Notes under the pieces: model-generated
What the model saw: only the letters and a program-made list of their open reading frames with translations
Database searches by the model: none
Told to the model about the DNA's origin: nothing
Source: Ignavibacteriota bacterium
Lineage (GTDB): Bacteria > Bacteroidota > Ignavibacteria > CAWHAG01
Direction: 5' to 3'
Assembly (NCBI GenBank): GCA_963827285.1
Contig: CAWHAG010000001.1
Location: 274,682 to 338,681, forward strand
DNA length: 64,000 bases
Shown here: one piece after another, positions 30,048 to 38,884 of the stretch
Layout of the letters: each line of letters begins with the position of its first letter
How positions within the stretch are numbered: the stretch's first letter is position 1
Program-made: the position numbers and the translations under genes

Positions 30048-30499
30048 CCTCAGCCGTCCGCCTAAGGCGGATGGCGGAGTTGAGAGGTCCCGTCACGACG
30101 GGACTTCAGTGCATGGTATCTCACCTTTGCGCTCTTCATGCGCACCCAACCGTCAATATAGCTTCACTAACTCGACACAGCTCGCTCGCTATTCCCACGC
30201 CAACAACATAATTAAAAGAAACCCGAAAGTCAAGAACTTTTCACGGAGACGACAGGTTTGGAGGATGGCTTTCGACAAGAGTCCGGTTCGGACCGCCACA
30301 TCTCTCAGAATTCATCCAGTGTCAGTCTCTAGCGCGCGTTTCTCTTCCTTATTTCAAGAGATTGATTTGGACTGGCCGTTACATCAAGGCAGGCTGGGGC
30401 GGCAAGTCTAGTCTAGGGCGGTGGTGGCGATCGCCTCTAAATGATGCGGAAGTGCACTCAGTATCCATGCTGTTTACATTCATCTGCCGCTGCCGAATC

Positions 30500-30844
30500 T
30501 CATGCTGCACTTGTCTTCTGGCGAACAGCTTTGGTAGCAAGTTGACGAAGATAGTATAACTTCGCTCTGCGGACTCTTCCTTTTTGGATCAGATCAACCT
30601 TCGCTACTCTTGGCGAGTGTAGTGGGAATGTGCGTTCAACACCAACACCGTCAGATATCTTTCTTACGGTGAATGTCGTCCCCATGCCCATTCCGCGCCG
30701 ACCGATGACGATACCTTGAAACTCCTGAATGCGCTCTTTATCGCCTTCAATTACTCTAACATGAACATTTACGGTATCCCCTGGTTCAAACCTCGGTATA
30801 TCGGTCTTCATCTGGGTTGCTTCGACAAGTTTCAATTTATCCAT
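30500..30844 (-). CDS. rplS: 50S ribosomal protein L19
   Basis: 114 aa; [30 protein letters not shown]...RRAKLYYLR matches L19. Confidence 0.95.
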   Translation of the reverse strand: MDKLKLVEATQMKTDIPRFEPGDTVNVHVRVIEGDKERIQEFQGIVIGRRGMGMGTTFTVRKISDGVGVERTFPLHSPRVAKVDLIQKGRVRRAKLYYLRQLATKAVRQKTSAA

Positions 30845-30915
30845 GTTATCATCTCCAGTTTTCTATGACAAAAGTGAAAAACATCCCATCGTACAGACAG
30901 AACGGTGTTCTGTCC

Positions 30916-31587
30916 CTACAAGAGATCTTTTCTCCGCTGTTCTGTTCGCTCCAGTGCTTGTTCCTCACGCCACCGTTTTATTTCGGCATGATTGCCTGAT
31001 AGGAGCACTTCCGGTACTCTCATCCCCCGATACTCTGGCGGACGGGTGTAGTGTGGACAATCCAACTTACCACTTTGGAATGAGTCCGTCAGCAATGACT
31101 CACCATCGCTGAGTACACCTGGGATCAACCGCACTACAGCATCAAGAATGACAAGGGCAGGAAGCTCACCTCCGGTTAAAACATAGTCGCCGATGGAAAT
31201 CTCACGCGTAATGAGAACCTGACGTACACGCTCATCCACACCCTTATAGTGACCACACAGCAGAATCAGATTGCTCTTCAGTGAAAGCTCGTTCGCCAGT
31301 CTCTGACTGAACAGCTCTCCGTCAGGTGTTGGAAAGATGATTTCATCATACCCCCGCTGAGTTTTCAGTCGTTCAATACATTCAAAGATCGGTTCCGGTT
31401 TCAAGATCATTCCCGCTCCACCGCCATAGGGAGCGTCATCAATCGTCTTGTGCTTGTCGTGTGTATAGTCTCTCAGATTATGAACCACAATCTCTACCAG
31501 CCCCTTTTCTCCTGCCCGCTTGATGATGCTCTCACTCAGCGGACTCTCCAGCAATTTGGGCAAACCAGATATGACGTCAATTCTCAT
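30916..31587 (-). CDS. trmD: tRNA (guanine37-N1)-methyltransferase
   Basis: 223 aa; [13 protein letters not shown]... TrmD signature and conserved operon position. Confidence 0.9.
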   Translation of the reverse strand: MRIDVISGLPKLLESPLSESIIKRAGEKGLVEIVVHNLRDYTHDKHKTIDDAPYGGGAGMILKPEPIFECIERLKTQRGYDEIIFPTPDGELFSQRLANELSLKSNLILLCGHYKGVDERVRQVLITREISIGDYVLTGGELPALVILDAVVRLIPGVLSDGESLLTDSFQSGKLDCPHYTRPPEYRGMRVPEVLLSGNHAEIKRWREEQALERTEQRRKDLL

Positions 31588-31626
31588 CGCACATGCGAGA
31601 TTAGTGACCCATTACCTGTCGTTCAT

Positions 31627-32139
31627 TTATTCCAATAATCCTTCCATCACATGAATAACCATCTTCCGTTTCTGCACGTTCACTTCTTTCACCACGGGCT
31701 TAATCGCTGGTATCAGAACTTCTCGCTCTTCCGTCCTAAGCACGTACACATCGTTTGCCGGTAGTACCATCACATCAACGATTTCGCCGAGTCGTTGACC
31801 CTCTTCGTCGAACACCGATACACCAATAATGTCATGGATGTAGTACGCATCATTCGGCAGCTTGACCACCGTCTCTTCGGTGATGTAGATTCCTTGATGA
31901 ACAAGTGCATCTGCTTCACTGCCACTGTCAATGCCAAAGAATTTTAGGAAGACATTCTTGCCCCTGATTCTCACGCGTTCAATGCGATACCTCTCAACGC
32001 ACTCACTGCTCGCTCCGACGAACACGTCACTCAGATCATAAAACCGTTTGATGAAATCCGTAAACGGTGAAATCCTGACCTCACCTTTGACACCAACACT
32101 CCTCGTGATGGCACCAATCAGAAATAACTCGTTGCCCAT
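31627..32139 (-). CDS. rimM: 16S rRNA processing protein RimM
   Basis: LFLIGAITRSVGVKGEVRI N-terminus; sits between rpsP and trmD. Confidence 0.85.
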   Translation of the reverse strand: MGNELFLIGAITRSVGVKGEVRISPFTDFIKRFYDLSDVFVGASSECVERYRIERVRIRGKNVFLKFFGIDSGSEADALVHQGIYITEETVVKLPNDAYYIHDIIGVSVFDEEGQRLGEIVDVMVLPANDVYVLRTEEREVLIPAIKPVVKEVNVQKRKMVIHVMEGLLE

Positions 32140-32242
32140 AGAACACGCAGAGGGAAGTCTCACTCACAACAGCCCATAGGCAAGGAACCTTCCGTCTTCT
32201 TCATGATGAAATCAATGAAGTTGGTCCAGCATTGATGCTGCG

Positions 32243-32689
32243 TTACTGCTGTGCCTCCGCGGGAGGCGCGGCTTCTGTGCTGCTCGGTTGTTCTGCAGCT
32301 TCCTTTCTCTTCTTTCTCTTTATCTCCGCCCTTCTGACTTTTCGATCTGCCTCGCGCGTTGCTTTCTCCGGCTGCATCATCTGCCACTTCTCCAGAGCGG
32401 CTCGGATCGCGTCCTCATCGGCGCCCTTCCTCAACAGATGCCACTTCAGCATGATTCCCTTGCGTCGGAGAAGACTGCGTACGGTATCCGATGGTTGGGC
32501 ACCTCGTTTTAACCAATAGAACACTCGCTCCTCTTTGAGATCAATCTGAGCTGGTTCCGTACGTGGGTTATACGCACCAACGGCTTCGAGAAATCGTCCG
32601 TCTCTAGGTGAACGCGAATCGGCTGCAACGATCTTGTACATGGGCAAGTTTCTTCTCCCCATGCGTCTGAGTCTCAGTCTGACTGCCAA
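32243..32689 (-). CDS. rpsP: 30S ribosomal protein S16 with Lys/Arg/Glu-rich C-terminal extension
   Basis: MAVRLRLRRMGRRNLPMYKIVAADSRSPRDGRFLEAVGAYNP matches S16; 148 aa. Confidence 0.9.
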   Translation of the reverse strand: MAVRLRLRRMGRRNLPMYKIVAADSRSPRDGRFLEAVGAYNPRTEPAQIDLKEERVFYWLKRGAQPSDTVRSLLRRKGIMLKWHLLRKGADEDAIRAALEKWQMMQPEKATREADRKVRRAEIKRKKRKEAAEQPSSTEAAPPAEAQQ

Positions 32690-32734
32690 GTGTGGATGTT
32701 CCTCCCTATAAAGTGATCTTGCTGATGTGTGTAT

Positions 32735-34066
32735 CTAAAAACCTGTGGGTAGTCTCATTCCCTGCATCATTCGCCCATGTTTCCCTCTTGTCATCTGCTT
32801 CATCATCTTCTGCATTTCGCTGAACTGTTTCAGAAGACGGTTCACGTCCTGAACCGTCGTCCCGCTTCCCATGGCAATCCGCTTCCGCCGACTTCCGTTG
32901 ATGACATTTGGCTTCTGCCGTTCCTCTTTTGTCATTGAGTTGATGATGGCTTCGATCTTGACAAACGCTTTTTCATCAACATCAACATTGCGTATCGCCT
33001 TGCCTACCCCGGGAATCATGCCCAGAATATCTCCAAGCGAACCCATCTTCTTGATTTGCTGAATCTGATCAAAGAAATCCTCAAAAGTGAACTGACTCTT
33101 CCGAATCTTTTCTTCCAACTTCTGTGCTTGCCGTTCGTCAAACTGCTCCTGAGCTTTTTCCACAAGCGTCACAATGTCCCCCATACCAAGGATGCGAGAT
33201 GCCATCCGATCAGGATAGAACGGTTCCAAGGCATCCAGTTTCTCCCCTACACTCACGAACTTGATGGGCTTATCCACGACAGAACGGATGGAGAGGGCAG
33301 CGCCGCCTCGTGTGTCGCCGTCTAATTTCGTTAGAACCACACCGTCATAGTCCAGCCTGTCGTGGAAGGCTTTTGCCGTGTTCACGGCGTCTTGTCCGGT
33401 CATCGAATCAACCACAAACAGAATCTCATGCGGCTCGACACGATTCTTGATCTCCTCCACCTCCTTCATCATCTCTTCGTCAATGTGCATGCGTCCAGCC
33501 GTGTCTATGATAACGATATCGCGGGCATTCTGTCGGGCATAGTCGAGTGCACCCTGAGCAATGGCAACGGCATCATTCTCGCCGCCTGAGACGACCGGAA
33601 CGTCTATCTGGTTTCCTAGAAGCCTCAGTTGTTCAATGGCTGCTGGACGATAGATGTCCGCCGCCACGAGCAGAGGATGTCGTCCCTTACTTTTCAGATG
33701 GTTTGCCAGTTTCGCACAGAATGTCGTCTTTCCAGAGCCTTGCAGTCCAGCGATCATCACGACGGTAGGCGGTGAAGGCGAGAGTCTAATGTCTGCTTTC
33801 GACGAACCCATCAACTTCACGAGTTCATCGTGAATGATCTTCACGATGAGTTGACCAGGTGTGATGCTCGTCAGGACTTCCTGTCCAACGGCACGCTTCT
33901 GGACATCCTCGACAAACTGTTTAGCAACCTTGTAGTTGACGTCGGCATCTAACAACGCGCGACGGACTTCCCGCATCGAGTCAGCAACGTTGCTTTCCGT
34001 AATCTTTCCTTGACCACGGAGTCTTTTGAACACCGTCTCAAGTTTCTGGCTCAAGTCCTCAAACAT
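32735..34066 (-). CDS. ffh: signal recognition particle protein Ffh
   Basis: SRP54-type GTPase ([14 protein letters not shown]) with Met-rich C-terminal M domain; start taken at MFEDLSQ. Confidence 0.95.
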   Translation of the reverse strand: MFEDLSQKLETVFKRLRGQGKITESNVADSMREVRRALLDADVNYKVAKQFVEDVQKRAVGQEVLTSITPGQLIVKIIHDELVKLMGSSKADIRLSPSPPTVVMIAGLQGSGKTTFCAKLANHLKSKGRHPLLVAADIYRPAAIEQLRLLGNQIDVPVVSGGENDAVAIAQGALDYARQNARDIVIIDTAGRMHIDEEMMKEVEEIKNRVEPHEILFVVDSMTGQDAVNTAKAFHDRLDYDGVVLTKLDGDTRGGAALSIRSVVDKPIKFVSVGEKLDALEPFYPDRMASRILGMGDIVTLVEKAQEQFDERQAQKLEEKIRKSQFTFEDFFDQIQQIKKMGSLGDILGMIPGVGKAIRNVDVDEKAFVKIEAIINSMTKEERQKPNVINGSRRKRIAMGSGTTVQDVNRLLKQFSEMQKMMKQMTRGKHGRMMQGMRLPTGF

Positions 34067-34194
34067 TCTGCATCTTCGACTGTTCTCGACACTTTCTGTT
34101 TTTAATGCCAACAAATGTAACAAAAAAATGCGAGTTATGCAAGTTTTTTCACCCCCTTGCTTCCCAACAGATTATTTCGTAAATTTGCGTCGTC

Positions 34195-35259
34195 ATGCAA
34201 CGGAAGAAGAATCTCAAAGGCTTGATGATAGATAAAATAGCGTCCTTCGTTGAGGAAATCGGAGAACAACGTTATCGCGCTAATCAAATTTTCTATTGGC
34301 TCTATAACAAGGGCGTTTCGAGCTTCGCGGAGATGTCGGATCTCTCGAAGTCGCTCCGAGCAAAACTTGATGAAGTCGCCTGCATAGAACAAATCAAACT
34401 TGTCAGAACACAGATCTCCCGCCACGACGGCACCTCTGAGTTTCTGTTCGAGCTGCACGATGGATCGAAGATCGAGAGCGTGTTGATCCCTGCGGAGAGT
34501 GCTGATGACAGCGAAGGGAAAAGACTCACGCTTTGCATTTCAACGCAGGTAGGTTGCCCGCTTGACTGCAAGTTCTGCGCAACGGGGACAATGGGCTATA
34601 GGCGGAATCTTACCGCAAGCGAAATCGTTGACCAACTCTTGCAGGTGCAAAAACAGAGTCAAAAGAGAATTACAAACCTTGTCTATATGGGAATGGGTGA
34701 GCCATTGATGAACTATGACAATGTCCTGAAGTCGGTGGATATTATCATGAACGAACGCTCCATTGCCATCAACGCAAAGCATATTACGATTTCCACGGTA
34801 GGACTTGCGGATAAGATCATACAACTGGCAGACGATAAGAAGAAGGTCAAATTAGCGATTTCGCTTCACTCAACTGATAACGCCCTCCGTACAAGGCTAA
34901 TGCCAATCAACAAGAAATTCAATCTCGAGAGCCTTATGGCTGCTGTACAGTATTATTACAGGAAGACGAAGCGCCGTCCGACGTATGAATATATTTTGTT
35001 CGATGATTTGAATGACACTGATGAGGACATCAAACGGTTCACGAGACTTGCCAGAATGGTGCCGTGTAAGATCAACATCATTCCTTTTCATCCGATAGAG
35101 TTCACCAAGCCGACGGGATTTGCTGCTCAGCTTAAACCGAGCAGGCGAGCAGAGAAGTTCATTGAGAAGCTACGTAGTGCAAATTTCACGGTGATGATGC
35201 GAAGCAGTGCAGGCGAAGACATTGATGCGGCGTGTGGTCAGTTAGCGGTCAGGAGTTAA
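34195..35259 (+). CDS. rlmN: 23S rRNA (adenine2503-C2)-methyltransferase, radical SAM
   Basis: 354 aa; CPLDCKFCATG radical-SAM cysteine motif; divergent from ffh. Confidence 0.9.
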   Translation: MQRKKNLKGLMIDKIASFVEEIGEQRYRANQIFYWLYNKGVSSFAEMSDLSKSLRAKLDEVACIEQIKLVRTQISRHDGTSEFLFELHDGSKIESVLIPAESADDSEGKRLTLCISTQVGCPLDCKFCATGTMGYRRNLTASEIVDQLLQVQKQSQKRITNLVYMGMGEPLMNYDNVLKSVDIIMNERSIAINAKHITISTVGLADKIIQLADDKKKVKLAISLHSTDNALRTRLMPINKKFNLESLMAAVQYYYRKTKRRPTYEYILFDDLNDTDEDIKRFTRLARMVPCKINIIPFHPIEFTKPTGFAAQLKPSRRAEKFIEKLRSANFTVMMRSSAGEDIDAACGQLAVRS

Positions 35260-35365
35260 TTGCACAAAGAGGGAACGATGTTCAGCCTTCAGGTTATCAG
35301 CGTACGGTGAGCCAATTGACCATCTAACCAATTAACCGATACACCAGTACACCAATACACCAACA

Positions 35366-36016
35366 ATGCGACTTATCATATTCGGTCCGCCCGGTGTAGG
35401 CAAAGGCACTCAGGCGCAAATCCTTTCTCAGGAGTATCAGATTCCCCATATATCCACTGGCGATATTCTGCGCGAGGCTATTCGAGAAGGCACAGACCTC
35501 GGGAAGAGGGCGGAATCATATTCGAGCAAAGGGGAACTGGTTCCCGATGAGGTCATGATTGGAATCGTTCGCGAGGTACTCAGCTCGGAACGGTGTCGCA
35601 ACGGATTCGTTCTAGATGGATTCCCACGCACTGTTGCGCAGGCAAACGCACTGAGTGAACTCTTTGAGGAGCTTAACATTACCCTGAGCCGTGTAGTCAA
35701 CCTTGAGGTGAACGAATCCAAACTTATTCTCCGCCTGACACAGCGGCGGCAGTGCAAGAACTGCGGATCAGTGTTCAATCTCATCATTGACAAGCTGGAT
35801 GGCAGCAATTGTCCTGTGTGCTACGGCGTTGGAACAATCTATCAGCGGGATGATGACAAAGAGGAGACCATCAGACATCGGCTCAAGGTCTATCACGAGT
35901 CCACGCTTCCTGTCAAGGCATTTTATCAAGCAATCGGATTGCTGACTGATATTAACGGTGATGGAGAGATCGAGGCAATTCATCAAAGTATTCTAGATGC
36001 CTTGCGTTCGCCGTAA
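35366..36016 (+). CDS. adk: adenylate kinase
   Basis: GPPGVGKGTQ P-loop; zinc-lid CKNCG...CPVC. Confidence 0.95.
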   Translation: MRLIIFGPPGVGKGTQAQILSQEYQIPHISTGDILREAIREGTDLGKRAESYSSKGELVPDEVMIGIVREVLSSERCRNGFVLDGFPRTVAQANALSELFEELNITLSRVVNLEVNESKLILRLTQRRQCKNCGSVFNLIIDKLDGSNCPVCYGVGTIYQRDDDKEETIRHRLKVYHESTLPVKAFYQAIGLLTDINGDGEIEAIHQSILDALRSP

Positions 36017-36214
36017 GCAAATCTGCGCTCTCTTCATGTTGTCTCGACTTGATTCATGATTGAGCATGGTTGGACATGCTGCGCACTCCCAGAGTGCGTG
36101 GCACGTCCAATTTGAGGGCTGGGAAATCTCGTTGCGTTTCTGTCTTGATTCCCTCCTGAAAGTTTGTTATATTGCTTGCGGAGAACGTTCGACGTAAAAC
36201 CTGTGCGTAACGAC

Positions 36215-38569
36215 ATGCGCTACATCACCATCGTTACTCTTCTCTATTTCGTGACAACGTCTCTTCACGGACAAGAGCCTGTTTTCACCTTCAGCGGCAC
36301 CGTCTGCGACGCGGAGACCAAACAAGCAATGGCTAGCGTGATCGTTCGGGTGCTTGGCACAGCCAAAGGGACCGTTGGGGGCAGCGATGGCTCGTTCCGT
36401 ATTTCACTGCCGGCAGGAACCTATGCGTTTGCCATTAGCAGCGTTGGTTACGTTCCTGACACGCTCCGTATCACGTTGAAGAATAATCTCACACGTGCCA
36501 TTGAGCTGCAACCTTCCTCGATTCTTTTGCCTGAAGTTGTGACGACAGCCGAGGACCCGGGCATAGGCATCATCCGCAAGGCAATAGCCAACAAACGCAA
36601 ATGGATGGACCTGCTGCGTTCTTATCAATTCGAAGCATACACAAAGCAGATTCTGAATAAAGATAGTGCCATTGCCAGCATTACCGAATCATATACAACC
36701 GGATACTGGCAGAAAGAACATGGTCTGCGCGAAGTCATTCGCCAGCGCAGGCAGACGGAAAACATTCGTGCGGAACAGAACTTTGCCTCCGTCGGGCAAA
36801 TCCTTAATTTTAATGACGATGAAATTCTCCTCGGTGGTTACACCTTTGTTGGACCAACTGCGCCTGAGGCACTTGATAATTACGATTACAAGTTGGAACG
36901 CACGTATGAATCCAAAGGGGTGCGGATTTACGAACTGCGGATTAAACCAATCGGCAAAATGAAGCCGCTCTGGGATGGTACCATCAACATTGCGGATAGT
37001 ACATTTGCGGTGATGAAGGTGAACGTGATGCCGAACGACGTTTTTAGGTTTCCGTTCGTCAGCGGTTTGAAAGTTCACTACGGACAGCAATTCGGTCTGT
37101 TTGATAAGATCTACTGGATGCCGGTGGACATTACGATTCAAGCATCCCTTGGAGTCAATATTCCCGGGATTTCTTTTCCGAAGTTCGGATTTGAACAGCG
37201 CTCGGCGCTGTATGAATATGTCATCAATGTGACTATTCCCGACACGATCTTTGAAAAGCGGCGCATCACAACGGATTCAACCGCAACGAAATTTGATTCA
37301 ACGTACTGGACGCGCAATGTAGTGCTGCCGCTTACTGCCGTTGAGCAAACTGCATACAAAACGCTCGACAGCACGGCAACACTCGATAAACAATTTCGAC
37401 CTGGCGGGGCATTGACGACGTTGGGTGACGTGCTTACATCGCCTGTTCAGTATCTCGACCTGCACTTTAATCGTGTTGAAGGAGCATTTGTTGGTGGACA
37501 GGCATCCTTCTATAATGTTCTGATAGATGGGATGACTATTTCAGGGAATCTCGGCTATGGATTTTCAGACAAGGTCTGGAAGTGGAAGGCAGGACTTCGA
37601 CAGCGTTTGATGCAACGACCCTTCCTGAGCGTTCGTGGTGAGGTGTATCGAGATCTATCGTACCGTCCGGATGGGGATTTCTATGGCTCGTTTCTCATTA
37701 GTCTCGCCGCGCTGTTTGATAAGAACGATTACCGCGACTATTACCTGGCTTCCGGTTGGAATGCAGCCGTGCATGTCGAACCACTCCGTTGGTCTTTCTT
37801 CGATGCAGGCTATCGCAGTGAAAAGCAGACCACTATTCAGAACACGACGGACTTCAGTCTGTTTGCGCGTGACCGCTCGTTTCACGCGAACCCGCCGATT
37901 CGTGAAGGGAATCTGCGCAGCGTTGAATTCTCCTTTGGGCTGAACAGAAACATTTTCGCAACTCCTTTTGTGTCGAGTTCGCTCTTTCGGGATGAAATGC
38001 CGCTCACAATTTCCTTTGAGCATTCCGATGCCTCGCTGGGCAGCGACTTTGATTTCACACGCTACTCCGCCGTCTTCTCCATGCGGCAGACGACATTTCT
38101 GCCAAGTCTTCTCTTTTCACCGTATCTGAATATTCGTGCTGCCGCAGGAACTTCACGAGGCGTCTTGCCGCCACAGCGGCTGTTTGATTTGGAGTCACGC
38201 TATAGTGGCATCGCTCCGTTTGGTGTGCTGCGAGGCGCAAACGTGAAAGAATTTACAGGCGACAGTTACATCGCTGTTGCTCTCGAACACAATTTTCGTT
38301 CAGTCCCGTTTCGCTGGCTTGGTATTTCCTTTCTCGATGAAGCAAATATCGGATTGATTCTTTCCGGTGCTGCTGGCAGGACATGGCTTCGCGATGAAAC
38401 GAAAAATGCGCTGCCATTTGCGGTTCAAAATATGGATGGTTGGTATTATGAAGCAGGATTTGGCATCGGCGGCATCCTTGCCTTCTTCCGGATGGATTTC
38501 ACATGGAGATTATCGCAACTTCATGGCGACCCATTCTTCTTCTCAGTATCCGTGGCGGAATTCTTCTAG
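36215..38569 (+). CDS. outer-membrane protein with CarboxypepD_reg-like N-terminal domain (DUF5686-like)
   Basis: About 785 aa from internal ATG; signal peptide; FTFSGTVCDAETKQAMASVIVRV...GSDGSFRI carboxypeptidase-regulatory-like fold; function not recognised. Confidence 0.6.
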   Translation: MRYITIVTLLYFVTTSLHGQEPVFTFSGTVCDAETKQAMASVIVRVLGTAKGTVGGSDGSFRISLPAGTYAFAISSVGYVPDTLRITLKNNLTRAIELQPSSILLPEVVTTAEDPGIGIIRKAIANKRKWMDLLRSYQFEAYTKQILNKDSAIASITESYTTGYWQKEHGLREVIRQRRQTENIRAEQNFASVGQILNFNDDEILLGGYTFVGPTAPEALDNYDYKLERTYESKGVRIYELRIKPIGKMKPLWDGTINIADSTFAVMKVNVMPNDVFRFPFVSGLKVHYGQQFGLFDKIYWMPVDITIQASLGVNIPGISFPKFGFEQRSALYEYVINVTIPDTIFEKRRITTDSTATKFDSTYWTRNVVLPLTAVEQTAYKTLDSTATLDKQFRPGGALTTLGDVLTSPVQYLDLHFNRVEGAFVGGQASFYNVLIDGMTISGNLGYGFSDKVWKWKAGLRQRLMQRPFLSVRGEVYRDLSYRPDGDFYGSFLISLAALFDKNDYRDYYLASGWNAAVHVEPLRWSFFDAGYRSEKQTTIQNTTDFSLFARDRSFHANPPIREGNLRSVEFSFGLNRNIFATPFVSSSLFRDEMPLTISFEHSDASLGSDFDFTRYSAVFSMRQTTFLPSLLFSPYLNIRAAAGTSRGVLPPQRLFDLESRYSGIAPFGVLRGANVKEFTGDSYIAVALEHNFRSVPFRWLGISFLDEANIGLILSGAAGRTWLRDETKNALPFAVQNMDGWYYEAGFGIGGILAFFRMDFTWRLSQLHGDPFFFSVSVAEFF

Positions 38570-38884
38570 TTGGCACTTGCCGCTATGGGGGAGCTTTGGA
38601 TTCCGCCGGTTAATTCAAGCGACCTACGGGATAGAAGCAAGGGAGCGGAGAGGTTATTCATTTGTACTTTGTGTGTAGAGTTAAGCAGAGGTTGTCCCCA
38701 TGAGAGATGCAGCGCGAAATGTCATGCTGCATGATGTGAAGTATCGTCATTCGCGATGTTGCACGGGCTGATTCAGAATCGGGAACTGAGCCTGTCCAGG
38801 GACCATGGGAACGCCTTCAAACAGCTACAGGATTGTCGGCTTCAGATTCTTTTTGGGTTATTGACAGACAGGGGAAAGCCTTCC

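Noticed and set aside
29823-30499. Specific identity of the structured region (RNase P RNA, tmRNA, 4.5S, 6S)
   Set aside because: I could not find the P4-helix motifs of RNase P, a tRNA-like 3' end with a tag-peptide ORF, or the SRP domain IV motif; kept only as an unclassified candidate sRNA.
29840-30559. Plus-strand ORFs 29840-30211, 30109-30411 and 30362-30559
   Set aside because: Lie opposite the flanking minus-strand operon in a hairpin-rich region; the last overlaps the rplS 3' end; no protein-like features.
32160-32387. 75-aa ORF between rimM and rpsP
   Set aside because: Overlaps the 3' part of rpsP in another frame; highly charged artefact of the Lys/Arg-rich S16 tail codons.
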